Shown here one piece after another: positions 44,039 to 56,564 of a stretch of DNA of 64,000 nucleotides (positions are counted from its first letter, which is position 1; every line of letters starts with the position of its first letter). This DNA comes from Diplonema japonicum (lineage: Eukaryota > Protista > Euglenozoa: Diplonemea). A program made the translations under genes and the position numbers. The stretch is from assembly GCA_964019335.1 (NCBI GenBank), contig OZ025673.1, forward strand, positions 124,001 to 188,000. The letters are read 5' to 3'. A model generated the notes under the pieces. The model had not been told where the DNA came from, did not search any database, and was given only the letters and a program-made list of their open reading frames with translations.

Positions 44039-44531
44039 TTTATTATTTTTATTTTCCCCCTCAGCGTCACCCTTCCTCCCCCCCGGCCTCCCCCCCCTCT
44101 TCCCTCCTCTCTCACCCTTCCTGTGATGATTTACTTTACACTTTAAAAAAAAAAAAGGGTTTTGACATAACATTATAATATTATCATAACTAAGATGGGT
44201 TGAGATAGGGGGGGGGGGGGGTGTTGATAAAAAAAAGAATTGTCACGAAAAAGAGAATGGAAGGATGAAATAAAACAAAGAAGTGGGAGAGGGGAGGGGG
44301 GGGGGGGGAGAGAGAAAGAGAGCGCGCTGACATAGCAACGATGGGTCCCTTCCATTATTAGTAAAAGTGTCCCAATGCTTGCTGATAAGAGGGGGGGAGT
44401 TGTTAGGGGAAGTGTGGTTTAATTATATTTTTTAACACACAAAAACAACATCCCCCCCCCACCCACCCACCCCCAGGGCATGACACTGGGCTGCTTCTAT
44501 TATAGTACTTCAATCACTCACTTTTTAATTA

Positions 44532-46017
44532 CTGTAAAACAAAAATCACCGGAAGAAAAAATGTCCGGAAGCTCTGGCGGTCCGGATATTTTTTCTTCTG
44601 GACATTTTTTTCCTGGGACCCCCTTTTTTTTTAAAAGGCTGGACCTGAAAACGGATGAAACTAGTTTCTGTAGCAAGAGAAAATCAAACGAAAATCAAAG
44701 AATTGAATTACGGACTTTTCCAAGAACTAAAAGATACCTCAGATCCTGATTGTTTGTCGCCTTCTACCACAAGCTTGTCGAACCGAACCACTCCTTGTGC
44801 TTGCTTTAGGGTTGTTCTTATGCTTTGCGGGTTTGCGTCATGGAGCCAATGTCCAGTATATCAGACTGGAAGCACCGCTTTGGTAGCTCCAAGGTCGATC
44901 CCCCTGCCGCACCCGTTACTGCGGGTCGCAAGCCTCTTCTGAACAAGGAAGAAACAACAAAGCTCTTTGTTTGGATCCATGTGCAGAACGGAAGGGGGTG
45001 CCGGTAGCAGCGTCGGACATTTACCTGTATGCAGAGAGTCTCCTGCGCTGCGGAAGGAGAACCTCGAGGCGTTTGGGGGAACGGTGTCCTTCTCCAAAGC
45101 CTGGGCCAACCAGTTGTGCCCCAAGCATGGCATCACAAGCCGCCGCCCAACAACAGGGAAGTCTAGCAGCCCCAAAAGACACCCAGGCCGGTTGACCTGA
45201 AACATGGACCAGCTGCCGCCGCTGGGAAGAAGACGAAAAAGGGTCCCAAGGTTGTCAAGGTTTGGGGTTTGGGACAAGCGCGCCGTCACCGGACAGTTTT
45301 GCGTTTCCCTGTCTGGTGGCAAACTGCACCCGCACTCGCGGCAGGAAATACCCCGGGTCCGTCCCTTGTTGCACACCCCCCAAAAGGCTGGAGTTTAACA
45401 GCTTCGAAATCTCACTGGGCCACCCAGGAAACGCTTCGGCTCTGGGTAAAAGATTTGTTTCTCCCCTTTGCTACAACCTCATCGAGTCATCGGGCTGAGC
45501 ACCCACCGAGCCCATCCTACTCATCCTTGATGACTACAATGTCCACACTACGCAGGCTTTTGTGAACTTGTTTTCACCCTATTTGTGCCAGCCCAAGACT
45601 TGCTGAGGCCGAGGCCAGGCGCACTGCCAAGGCTGCAAAGGTAGCAAACAAGACGGCCAGACGTGCGGACAGGTAGGACTCTGCTTGCCCTTTCCTCGCC
45701 CCCTTTTTTAGTTTTATTAGTCGGGAAAAGTACTCTCCAACCTGCTGGGGCGCAGCCATTGAAGGGTGCTTCTCACCTGAAGACCCATTTTAGGGCATGC
45801 GGCTTTCGTCTCAGGGAACTTGCATGTTAATTTGAATTTTATTTTTGCCATTCTTAAGACTCTTGCAACAGAAACATAAGTTTTCCAGACAGAGGGGGCA
45901 GTGCGTAGGGCAGGCTAGGTACCCCCTTGTGCCCAAAAAAAGAATGTCCGGAAGAAAAATCACCGGATGTTTCGGCGGTCCGGACATTTTATCTTCCGGT
46001 GACTTTTTGTTTTACAG
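44532..46017 (+). mobile_element. Defective pogo-like (IS630/Tc1/mariner) transposon with TA TSD
   Basis: TA|CTGTAAAACAAAAA...TTTTTGTTTTACAG|TA with ~80-bp imperfect TIRs. Frameshifted + strand remnants: FSKAWANQLCPKHGITSRRPTT (CENP-B HTH-like), NMDQLP, SKSHWATQETLRLW, ILLILDDYNVH (DDE_1-like). Confidence 0.85.
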
Positions 46018-46370
46018 TATACCTTTTTTTCTTCTTCTTTTTTTTTTTCTTCAAAGGACACTTGTATTCTTCTTTTCTTTTTGCATATAAAACTATATTA
46101 CGAATTGCGGTGAATTGAGGAAGGAAAACAAAAAAAAATAAAAGCAAGAACAAATTAACCATGTGTTCCACAAGGGGCGGGGGGGGGGGGGGGGGGGTGC
46201 GTGTCGCGTTACATCTTCTGCAACTACGAGTAATGCAAATAGGGAGAAAAAACAAGGAACGGTAGAGGGGGGGGGGGGGGGGGGGGAGTCACCACATTAC
46301 GTGATCAACCTAGCCCGGCCTAACCACCTCCCGGAAGTAAGTGAGGGTGTCCATAGGCAATACAGATTAA

Positions 46371-47766
46371 CCATCTACCAACGGACCATTTTTGCCCACC
46401 AGGGGGTAAATTTTCAAAACTTCAAAAAAAGCTATTCTAGCGCAACGCCGGGGCTATATGCCCCCGGAAATGCCTCCAGATGTCCCAATTCTAGAGAGAG
46501 GGTGCCCACAGCAGGGCCCACCCTCACAACATTGTCAAAAATATCGTTCCTGAAGTGCCCGAGAGGGGGTACAAAAAACAAGTCAAAAAGAATCGACTGT
46601 AAAATTCTGTAAAAAGCTATTTAAGGCCTTCTTGACGCGGTTCGTACGTGCCCCAGGGCTGGGGGACTTCTTTTTTGACCCCGAGAGGGGTTTCTGGGGG
46701 GTATCCCCGGCAAGGTGGTAGTTTTTGAAGCACGGAGTCACGCAAAGTTGTACCAAGCAGGTTGAACACTGGAACTGGGGTCATTTCGACTTGCCATGCT
46801 TACACCGCACGTTGCGCTACTTTTTCGGGGAAATGGTCCCAGAAGGTACAGAACATCCAACGTCGACAGAAAGCGCACAGGCTTGATGTCATGCCACGTT
46901 GTGGTGCAAAGGATGCTCACGTGCTGGTGGAACTGGGTGTCCCCACAGGATGCGTGTCCTTGGGCTTGCGGCCTCGCTTCTTTGGGGCATCCGTGATCTC
47001 CGGGAGGCCTTTGCGATAGGTAGAAGTCAGCACGCTTGTTTGTTTCGCTGTGGAAACACAGATTTCCCAGAATAGTCAAAAAGCGGTCTTGACATGACGG
47101 TGGCGTACCCAGGGGTGTGGTTGAGAGACGTGGAGCCAGTGCGCCAGTAGTCAGAATAATCTGGCTTGATATCCAAGTCCATCGACAAAAGGGCACCTAG
47201 GAAGGTACGCAAAGAAGCAGCATTGAGATTCAGGGGAACACCTTTTTTAGCCGCATTTGCAACATTGTTCGAAATTATGATCCAAATAACGTTTGGGGCG
47301 AGCATTTGGGAGAATATATGGAATGGCGTTGAGCCTCTGATGTCAAAACAGGGTCCACAAGGATTCCGATCTTCACGAAACCGGATGCCTTCCAACCGCT
47401 CCGGCTTTGCCGTCCAATCACCCTGCTGTGACTCGGAATCGGTCGAATTCGTATCAGAATCACTGTCCGTACCAAAATTGCATAATAGGGATGATCCATC
47501 AGTGCTACCATCACTCATAATGTCCTCTTCCGGCCTCTTTCTGGGCACCCTTTTTTGATGTGATTTTTAAGGGTAAATTTGGGCTGGCGTTTTTTTTTCT
47601 TTTTTCTTTTTCTTGTTAAGTTAGGGCAGCATTTAGTTTATATTTTTCATATTTTCCGCGCAGGACCCCGGATGCGAGAAGTGGCCGGGCTGTATTGCAT
47701 TGAAAGCCCTTTGCGCAAAAGATTTTTTTTCAAATCGTCTCTATAAAGACGCTCGTTGGTAGATGG
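46371..47766 (-). mobile_element. Internally deleted piggyBac transposon with TTAA TSD
   Basis: TTAA|CCATCTACCAACG ... CGTTGGTAGATGG|TTAA. Remnants: TPFHIFSQML, LRTFLGALLSM...DYWRT...VMSR, WHDIKPVRFLST and the Cys-rich end QCSTCLVQLCVTPCFKNYH. Confidence 0.92.
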
Positions 47767-49514
47767 TTAAAAAGAAAATCGTTTTTTTTTTTTGCCAGTA
47801 ACGGTTTTTGCGTTGGTTGTTAGAGTGACTAGAGAGAAAAGGTGCACTTTTTTTTTTGCGATTTGGACAGTTCTCATTTTCTTTTAAAGATACGAGTTTT
47901 GCGGTTTTCTGTAGTGTCTTTTTTTTTTTTTTTTAAAAGCGACACTTTCTCTTTTTTTTTGTTCTTTCTCAATTTTCTTGGACCAAAAAAAAAGCGCTCT
48001 TTCTTTTTTTTCTCGCAAATTATTATTATTATTTTTTGTTTTGAAAAAGGGATTAAGAATAAGGGGGGGGGGCTAGAAAAGAATAGAAATGTTTTCTTAC
48101 GTAGCCAGTGCTCTTTCTTTCCTCCCCCCCCCCCCCTGACCCCAATCTTTTCATTCACTTCTTATTGTTTTTGGTGATGACAAGCAGTTCAGTAGCAGGG
48201 ATAACTTTGCCATCCTTAAAAAAAGAGGGGGGGAAAAAGAAATAGCTTGTCTCAAAAAACTCCTGTGAAGCACTGCGGTCTGAGACCATTATGCTTTTTT
48301 CCCCTCTCCCTCCGCATCGCCTCTTTATTTATGTTTTCTCCTTTTTTTTTTTCCCCTCCTCCCGTCCCCTATTTTCTTCTTGCAAAGTTGGATAGGGTGA
48401 AGATTGCCAAACACAAAGCAACCTTCAAAGGGAAGAGTGACTAGTCGGTTCCAAGTACCATAAAGTGGGGGGGTTGGGGGGGTTGTAGTCACAATTGGTT
48501 GTAGACACAATGGAGTGGGTGGGAGCACATCTTCTTTTTCTTTTTCTTACCCTTGATGGTGGGACCCGGCCAAAGGTTTCTGCCTGGGGGAAATTCCTTA
48601 TGTTCCTTTTATTGTCCTTTTTTTTTTTGTGTGGCTGTTTACATGTTAGTCCATCTAGCCAGCATCACAAAACAAACAAAAAAAAAAAAAAAAAGAGGAG
48701 AAGAGGGAGGGAAGGAAATGGGTGAACAAAAAGAAATAACAGAGGGACTGTACAAAAGAACTACAAATAGTGCTTTCGTTTCCCGTCACTGGAGGGAGGG
48801 GGAAGAGCACAGCAGGGGTATTGTCGTGACATCAACGCCGTGCCCTTGGATCTGTTTCGGAAGATGCATAAATATATTTTCTTTGTTTGTTTGTGCATAA
48901 GCGGGGAAATAACTTCTCAGGGATTTCAACCTCCTTTGAGAATTACACAAAAAATCAAACAAAGAGAGGGAGGGGGGATGCCTTTCCTTTCCCTCTCTTT
49001 GGAGAGAGGCTTTAAAAAAGAAAAAAAAAAAAAAAACTAAGAAGAATTATAAAAGAAAAAAAAAAACAGTTTCCCTCAATTATTATTTTTTTTTTTTTTT
49101 TGTCAGTAGTTTGTTAGAAAAAGAAAACCAAAACAAAAAAAAAAAAATGGGGGCCAGACACAGAAAAGACAGGGAGAGAGGGAAGAAAAAAAAAAAGTTA
49201 AAAAAAAAAAAGAAAAAAGAATGGGCATAGGATCGAGCACACTGTGGTTTGGGGTCCGAGATGACTTGTTGCCCCCACTATGTCACGTAGCAAGTGGTCT
49301 GACTGCACTGTGCAGCCCCAGCTCAGACCTACCTCGATTCATTTAAGTATGGAAGTGCTTTGCAGTGCGATATTGAGTGTGTACAACCCACTTGCCGAAC
49401 GAACCGGTCCTAAAAATGGATGATACTCAAAACAGTTTCTTTTTTTTAAAAAAAAAAAAAAAAAAAACGCGACAAAACATTACTGTTCATCATAAAGAGA
49501 GGCCGGAAGGGGAA

Positions 49515-49553
<39 letters not shown>

Positions 49554-49620
49554 GTTCCCCTTTCCAAATTTTTCTTCTGATAAAAAAAAAAAAATAAAAA
49601 AAATTACACGAACTCAGGAA

Positions 49621-50769
49621 TTAAAAAGACAACACCGGTGTAGCAGATCGAGGTGTCCTGCTTCGTGGCGTTCGTGGTGTTCTTGGCGCAGGTGGCGAGA
49701 GAGGGCTAGTTGGCAGCAGGTTAGGTGATCTTGGCGATTTTAAAATCCCTCTCGGCACCGAAGACCCGGGGCTGAGAATGTCCTTGTCACGTGACGACAA
49801 CGAGTCGTTGTATGGGCTATCGATAGAAAGACTTTTCTGCACCGCCGACTGCTGAACCAAACTAGTCTTTGGGACATTGACAACCTTTGCCTCTGGCATG
49901 TTAATATCAATTTTCAAATCATGAATTGTTAGAGGGCGGATACGAACCGAAGGGTCGTCAGCACCATCCCCGTTCCTCCAATTTATAATCTGGTGTGGGA
50001 ACAGCTTGTTCTTATGCTTTTGAACCGAAGAGTACTCGGTTACCACATCCTTGTCGTTGTCCTCCGTCATCCTGAGGACCCTCCACCTCCCAGCTCGGTT
50101 CGCAGTTAAATACAACATTCTTTTCTTATTGGCCCAGATCGGCATTTCATTCTTCTGAACATTTGCAACCATTGAGTATCTCCCCATGATGTGTTCTGGT
50201 GCCTCGACATCATATGCGTCAGGAGGGAGATCTGTGTCGGGGGTACTGTCCAACATTATCGCACGTCTTCTGTCTTCAGACGCATTTGAAAATGCGGAAT
50301 TAAATCGGTGCCTTCGTTTCATCGGAGTTAAAACTTGTTGAGTAGGTGTGAGGGTTTCAGCGAAGCCTGGTGTTGTGGGTGGGATGGTGATCCGTAGGTC
50401 AGATGGGGGTGGGGGTTTCGCAGAAATGTGAGAGCTGATGCTGCATGTGTCTGAGAGGGCTTCAAGAGCATCGTCATCACTTGGGTTCGCTGTGAGCAAC
50501 GGGTGTTCCTTGTGCTTGCCCTCAGATTTTTTGTTCATAAGTTGTTCGAGTTCTTTGTCGCGTGCAGAGCCTAGTTTTCTCCATACCACTATACCGCACA
50601 GCCCCATGAGGACTAGTAGCCCTGCCACTGCGATGACTGCTACGATCCATCCGTTTTTTTCTTGGTCGTCTTGCGGTTCAATATTCTCTGGTGCCGATGT
50701 TGAGTTCCCCCTGCAGCACATTGTGAATAAGAACAAGCCCAAGGATCGGGCTGTTATTTTGTGGGGCAT
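49621..50769 (-). CDS. Type I membrane protein (signal peptide + one TM) with Ser/Pro-rich cytoplasmic tail
   Basis: MPHKITARSLGLFLFTMCC; TM GWIVAVIAVAGLLVLMGLCGIVVW followed by RK. Confidence 0.75.
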   Translation of the reverse strand: MPHKITARSLGLFLFTMCCRGNSTSAPENIEPQDDQEKNGWIVAVIAVAGLLVLMGLCGIVVWRKLGSARDKELEQLMNKKSEGKHKEHPLLTANPSDDDALEALSDTCSISSHISAKPPPPSDLRITIPPTTPGFAETLTPTQQVLTPMKRRHRFNSAFSNASEDRRRAIMLDSTPDTDLPPDAYDVEAPEHIMGRYSMVANVQKNEMPIWANKKRMLYLTANRAGRWRVLRMTEDNDKDVVTEYSSVQKHKNKLFPHQIINWRNGDGADDPSVRIRPLTIHDLKIDINMPEAKVVNVPKTSLVQQSAVQKSLSIDSPYNDSLSSRDKDILSPGSSVPRGILKSPRSPNLLPTSPLSPPAPRTPRTPRSRTPRSATPVLSF

Positions 50770-50959
50770 TTTCTTTTTTTTTTTTTTTTTTTTTTTTTTT
50801 GGTCCCACCTTTTTTTTTTTTTTTTTTTTTGATTGAAAAGAATTTTTGAAAAAAAAAAAAATGAAAAAAAATGAAAAAAAAAAGAACCCCCCCAAAAAAA
50901 AAGGAGTGAGAGTTTTTGGCAAAAATTCATTTTCTTTCTTCGTCATTTTCTTCACTCAC

Positions 50960-51420
50960 TAGGGGCCTCAAAATTTAACGCGAAACGGCCATAATTTAAC
51001 TTTATGAGATTTTCGAGTTAAATTATGAGGCTTCAGAGTGAAAAAATGGGTCTTGTCGTGGAAAAAAATGTACCCAACCCCTTGAAAAATCTTTTTGGGG
51101 GCGGGGTATTTTGACTATTTTTGGCCATCTGAGGCCTTAAAAGTGGGAATAAGTGCTTTAGTTCCCCTTTAAATGCCACGGCGAAATAGCTACCCCATAT
51201 TACCTTAGGAAAATCCCCAAAAAGGCTGACCTGCGTGAAAAAAAACAGCAGTGGAATCAGTGAAGAGTGAGTGACTCAAATGACGAAGAGTGAAATAAAA
51301 CGACTTACTTGCCGCCAAATGAGCCATTATTTAACTCTCGTTACCGTTTTTTTGCACGAGGGCCCGCAGGGCCCGAGTGCAAAAAATTCGGGAACTCGAG
51401 TTAAATAATGACTCATAATT
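50960..51420. mobile_element. Possible truncated hAT-like non-autonomous element
   Basis: Starts TAGGGGCCTCA; repeated and inverted AT(A/T)ATTTAACT / GAGTTAAAT(T/A)ATG motifs at both ends; no matching right terminus found. Confidence 0.4.
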
Positions 51421-51923
51421 TGTTGGCAATAAATAGCTATTTTTTTTTTCATTCTTTTTTTTTTAATGCTTCTTGCCGACTCTTTTTTTTTTTTTTCGCG
51501 GGCGGTTACTTCCCCGTATTTCTTTTTCTCTTCCCGTTCTTGGGGCACCATGTACATAATGCAGCCTCAACTTAAGAGGTCGCTTCCGTTCAGTGGGACG
51601 GCCGGGGGGGGGCATCGCTTTCTTTTTTGTTGGAAAAAAAAAAGGAACAAAAAAAAAAAGTGAGTGAAAAAGAAATAAAAAAATAAAAGAACAGACCTCT
51701 GAAGAAAAAGAAAAAGCATAATAATAATAAAAATAAAAAAAAAAGAAGCACACTATTTTGTTTCCTTTTTTCTTTTTTTTTCCCCCCGTCCTTCTCTCTC
51801 ATTTATTTTCTCGGATGGCAACGGATAAATAAAAAAACGATGTAAAAGCCCCACTGACTATTGCTCGAAGGTGAATTTAAGTCCCATTTCCTTTTTTTTT
51901 TTTTTTTTTTTTTTTTATTCTTT

Positions 51924-54005
51924 TCAAAGATTTGTTTCTTCGCATACCGTAGACTGCCCGCTCAAGAAATTCTGACTGAACACAGGAATGTCCTCTGGCT
52001 CAACGCTACCTGAAGGAAGATTGCCGTCGTTTATATTTTCTTTTTTAATGTTCACACCTTCAGGAGGGGCTTCCTTGTCGTTCTCGGGAGCCCCCTTCTC
52101 CCCTTTTGTCAACTTCTCATATTGTGTTTTGTAGGACCCAAGGAACGCATCAGCGGTGGTCCCTTCGGGAAGGAGTTGTTCGATCTCATTCTTTATTTTT
52201 TTTTTTTTCCTCCCTTCCCGTCCTTCTACATACCCTCACCTCCGCTAACCGCCCAGGCAAAGTGGGCCACATATCTTCATCTACAGGCGGCTCAACATGA
52301 CTTGGAGACATTGGGGACTGCGGTTCCTCCTCCTGCTGCTGGAGTGGTGCAACAGGTTCAGGTTCAGGAACAGGCTCAGGTACAGGTTCAGATGCAGGTT
52401 CAGGTACAGGCTCAGTCCCAACATGTTCGAGTTGGGGTTCAGGTTCAGGTACAGGCTCAGGTTCAACATGTTCGGGTTGGGGTTCGGGTTCGTGCTCTTG
52501 AGGCTCAGGTGCCTCTGGTTCTCGCTGAACTTCTGTTTCAGGCTCAGGGTACTCAGGGTACTCAGGGTGCGCGGGTGCTTCATTCTCATCAGCAGTTGTT
52601 TCAGGTTGAGATGGTTCAACCCCTTCCACTATCTCCTCTCCTTGTCCTTGTTCTTGTCCTTCCCCTCCCCCTTGCACCATCACCGGTTCCTCGTACTGCG
52701 GCTCGTACTGCGTTTCATAAGAAAGGTTTGCTGCACATACCAGCATTGCTTGGTTCCAGTCGAACTCAGGCGGTTGCTCCCACGTAACAGCCTGCGTCGT
52801 CATGTTGCAGAAGTACGGCATGTAGGGCTCGTTGGAGTAGTCGAAGGTCCGCATCCACTCACCATGGTAGTAGGCCTGCCGTTGGGTTTAAGATCATATC
52901 ATCGTGTGCATACCCTGTAGTCAGGCTGCTCCACTGGTACCTCTTCCAGTGGCGCCTCTGCCGACACTTCTACCAATAGTCCTTCCGCTGTCTCTGCCTG
53001 CACGCCTTGCGTGGTGGCGTCTGCTTCAGCATCGTTTGAAGTGGCCTGCTCGGTGTGCCCTACTATCACGGGCTCGTCTTGCCGTTCGCTTTGTTGCGCT
53101 TCTGCGAGTTCTTCGTTCATATGCTCATTGATGTCCTCTGCCTGTGAGGGGGCTGCCTCGAGGTGCGTGGGAGGTGTCGGCTCGGGTTGTGTGGTCGGGG
53201 TGACCTCAGGCTTGCGGTCAGGCTGGTCGGTGTTGTCGACGATGGCGGAGTTGTTGTGATTGTGCTGCGGGTAGGGGAGGGATGCGTTGCTCGAGTCGTT
53301 GAGCAAACCTGCGAGCGTGACGATCATCGCATTGTGGTCGATGGGGTCCGTCGCATGCTGCTCGAGCACGGGGAGCATGGTCTCTGACACCCCTCGCTCC
53401 TTCATGTCCGCAAGGAACTCTACCTTCGAAGGCACATCAGGGGCAACGACGGTGGGCGAGGGCGGCTGGGATGCAACATGATGAGAGGCCAGCTTCTCCT
53501 CTGCCATCTCTCGCCGCAGCTTTTCATCCGCAAGCTGATCTTCCAATCTTCTGATTTTCAAATCAGTCTGCGGGGGCACTAGAGGCGAGTATCCCCCCAG
53601 CCTGTCGGGCGATGGGGCTATCGAGGAAGCACACGTCGACGGGGCTTGCGACCTGATCGAGTCTAGCTGTTCGCGGAGAAGCCTTTCTCGTTCGTGGGTC
53701 GCAGCGAGGGATGATTTCATTTTCATAAACTGGCTTGAGGTCTGTGCGGCGCTGTCTGCCGCAAGCTCCCTCGTCCTCTGCACTTCTTGCACCAACATCA
53801 CTTCCCTCTTCTTCACCTGTGCCAGCTGGCTCTTCAGCAGTTCCACCTTGCAGTCTCTCCTGCTTATTTTGTCTTCCAACCTCTTTAGCTGCGCCTCAAC
53901 ATCTCCACTCCGTCTGTTTGATCCCGATCCCGGTGTCTTTCTAGGTGTCTTGCCTTTCTTAGCAGAGTCTGCGACACTGCTGTTGCTCTCGCCATGGTCA
54001 GCCAT
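51924..54005 (-). CDS. Multi-exon coiled-coil + WW-domain + Glu/Pro-repeat protein
   Basis: ORFs 52899-54110, 52186-52854 and 51924-52112 are separated by short GTATG..AG introns; WW-like EWMRTFD...PYFCNMTTQAVTWEQP; EP repeats. Confidence 0.7.
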
Positions 54006-54102
54006 CCAACCTGCTGGTGTGAAGGGCCCAGTAGGGCGGCGAGAGGGGAAATAAATAAAATAAAGTACAACGGTTTCTATTGTTTTGTTCTTTTTGTTTT
54101 TG

Positions 54103-54867
54103 TCATCCAAAGTATATTTGCTGCCGTTGGCGCTCGACGGTGGTCATCTGGAAGGCCGGGAAAGTGTGGCGGTGGGAGGGCCCGTACTGCACATACTGGG
54201 GTGCTGTGGTGGGGAGCTGCAAGACAATACGATTTCCAGCGTAACATGTTTCAGTGTAATGGCCCTGGACCCCGACAGGTTCGGGGGGCTTGGGGGAGAG
54301 CGTTGGCGGGCGGAGGGGTGACTGCACACCACGTACAGAAGGGGACTGTTCTACCACAGGAGCTACCTTTTTCACCGATGCGGGAGAAGCACGAGACTCA
54401 GGAGAGGGAGAAGAAGAGGAAGAAGACGACGGGCCCTTCTCGGGATTTATCTCGATGGGGGGTGTCGTGGGAGGGGGCGACTTGGCAGGCCCAACAGAAG
54501 ATGGCTGCATTACCTTGCTTGGGGGCACCGCAGCTGAAAAAGGACTACTCATATCACTTAAAGGGTTCTCCAACACAGGGGCGCTACTAGGCAGTCTTGC
54601 ATTCGACTTCATGCTAGTCTTCTTTCCCTCATTGTACCCACGCCCTCGCGAGCTTCCCTTACTTGTTTTGCTATATGTTTGGTTTGGTCTTAAATATACC
54701 CCTGGCCTCTCTATGGGAGTGCCTGGTTCCGCAGGACTTTTCGCTCCTGTAAACCCTCTGGCAGAATTGTGATTTGAAACTGGAACCTGACCTGGTACGC
54801 CTCTGCTTCGAGATTGGTTCTCCCGTTGGGGGTTTTTCTTTTTTTCTTTAGTTTCAGTGCATCCCAT
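54103..54867 (-). CDS. Pro/Ser-rich protein with an N-terminal MGC dual-acylation motif
   Basis: MGCTETKEKKK after a poly-A tract; 3' end may be spliced. Confidence 0.65.
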   Translation of the reverse strand: MGCTETKEKKKNPQRENQSRSRGVPGQVPVSNHNSARGFTGAKSPAEPGTPIERPGVYLRPNQTYSKTSKGSSRGRGYNEGKKTSMKSNARLPSSAPVLENPLSDMSSPFSAAVPPSKVMQPSSVGPAKSPPPTTPPIEINPEKGPSSSSSSSPSPESRASPASVKKVAPVVEQSPSVRGVQSPLRPPTLSPKPPEPVGVQGHYTETCYAGNRIVLQLPTTAPQYVQYGPSHRHTFPAFQMTTVERQRQQIYFG

Positions 54868-55184
54868 ATTTCTTTTTTTTTTTCCTCTTTTTTTTCAAAT
54901 GCTGTAAAAAATGAATGAAAAGGTGCCCACCCCACCCTGTCTTTTTTATCTGCTTTTCTTTTCCTTAGAGTTTGCGTACAGTGCTTATTTTATTCAAATA
55001 AAACTATCCTAAAAAAGGAAGAGGGAGGGGGTGAACAATTGGGGTCATAAAAGAGGGGGGGATGGGAAGGGGGGGAAGGGGGGGGAAAAAAAAGGCGGCG
55101 AACCCTTGGGGTTTAAAAACATTTTCGTCTTTTTTTTTTTTTTTTTTTTTTTTTTTTCGCGTGATGTCAAACTAACCAAAAAGA

Positions 55185-55215
<31 letters not shown>

Positions 55216-55363
55216 AAGAGAGAAAAAAAAAAAAGGACACACTGAAAGAAGAAAAAAAAAAAAGAGAAAAATAAAAGATTCTAAATAAAAAAAGAATACG
55301 GATAGGAGAAGGGAGGAGAGGGGACGGGAGGGGGGGAAAAATACTTTTTTTTTCTTTTTAATA

Positions 55364-55995
55364 TAACTCCAGTCAGATTTTCCGTTTCACTTTATTTTTC
55401 ACGATAGATTTCAGGCTTGTTGTAGGAGGAAAACAGGTGCAGGAATGAAAATTACTCTATGAGTGAATATAAAGTACTTTATATTCACGCTAGCCCTATT
55501 TCCACTGCACAGAAAGGGTTCGGGGGCGCAAACACGAAAAAAAAGAAATCACCCAAGTGGTTACCACATAGGCCACCTTGTCTTGGAAACCCCGGTTCGA
55601 ATCTGGTCTCACTTTTTACGTCACTCAAGGATCTGGTCGCCTCTCTCAACAGGGAAGTGGACTTGGCCAGCGGTGACAGCTGCTAGTGGGGCAACCTCAG
55701 CAGCCCCACAGGTCCAGAGAGGTCCACACAGGATATGCCTTGATCTCAACATCAACGTCAATCATAAGCACCCCCCAGTAAAAATTGTAACTTGTAACTT
55801 GTAATACCCCACGCTTTCAAATCTGACTGACGTTAAATAAAACAACGGATTTAGTGAAAATAGATCCGATTTTCACTTGTGGTGGCATGTTTAACTCGTT
55901 ACTTTACTCGCTGCGCTCGTGAAGTCATAAACCCACTCGTTAAACCACTGCCACCACGCGTGAAAATCACAGGATCTTATGTTCACTAAATAAAT
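55364..55995 (+). repeat. Composite interspersed repeat, copy 2
   Basis: CAGTCAGATTT...AAATCTGACTG inverted ends enclose a tRNA-like segment and (GTAACTT)n; followed by a second inverted-repeat unit ATTTAGTGAA...TTCACTAAAT. Confidence 0.88.
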
Positions 55996-56414
55996 GGTTT
56001 ATTTTTTTCTTCTTTTTTTTTTCTTCCTTTCCTTTTATTTTTTTTGACATTTCTCCAGTTTTAAATATTGCTTTGCCCCCCCCCCCCCCCCCCCCAGCAC
56101 CCTCTCCTGCACTTAAATATGAAGTAAATCACTTTTCACCTCAGGAAACGTTTCCGGAGTAGCTTTGCTAGGTTGCTAGGGCAACATACACACAATACTT
56201 ATGTTTCCTTTTTTTTTTTTTTTTCTTTTTCTGTTTTCCTTTTCTTTTTTTTTGTTCCCTTTTTTTTTTTTCATTTTTTTTTTTTCAAAGACCTTGGAAA
56301 AAGAGTCACTGCGCTTTTCGCTGTTTCCAGGTTCGTTAGTAATTATTAAAATCAGTGTTTTTTTTCGCTACAACTGTATAACACATAAGCCGTAAGCTGC
56401 CAATTCTTCCAAAA

Positions 56415-56504
56415 AAAAACTAGTTTGGCGCTCCATTTGTTTGTGCGCACGAGCGGAATTGTACCAAACAAAATAGCTCATTACGCTGCCATCAACTAGT
56501 TTTT
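56415..56504. repeat. 90-bp fold-back element
   Basis: AAAAACTAGTT...AACTAGTTTTT with inner TTTGTTTG/CAAACAAA; 25 nt recur exactly at 59256-59280. Confidence 0.6.
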
Positions 56505-56529
56505 AGTCTCGACAATAATATTGTTAAAC

Positions 56530-56564
<35 letters not shown>

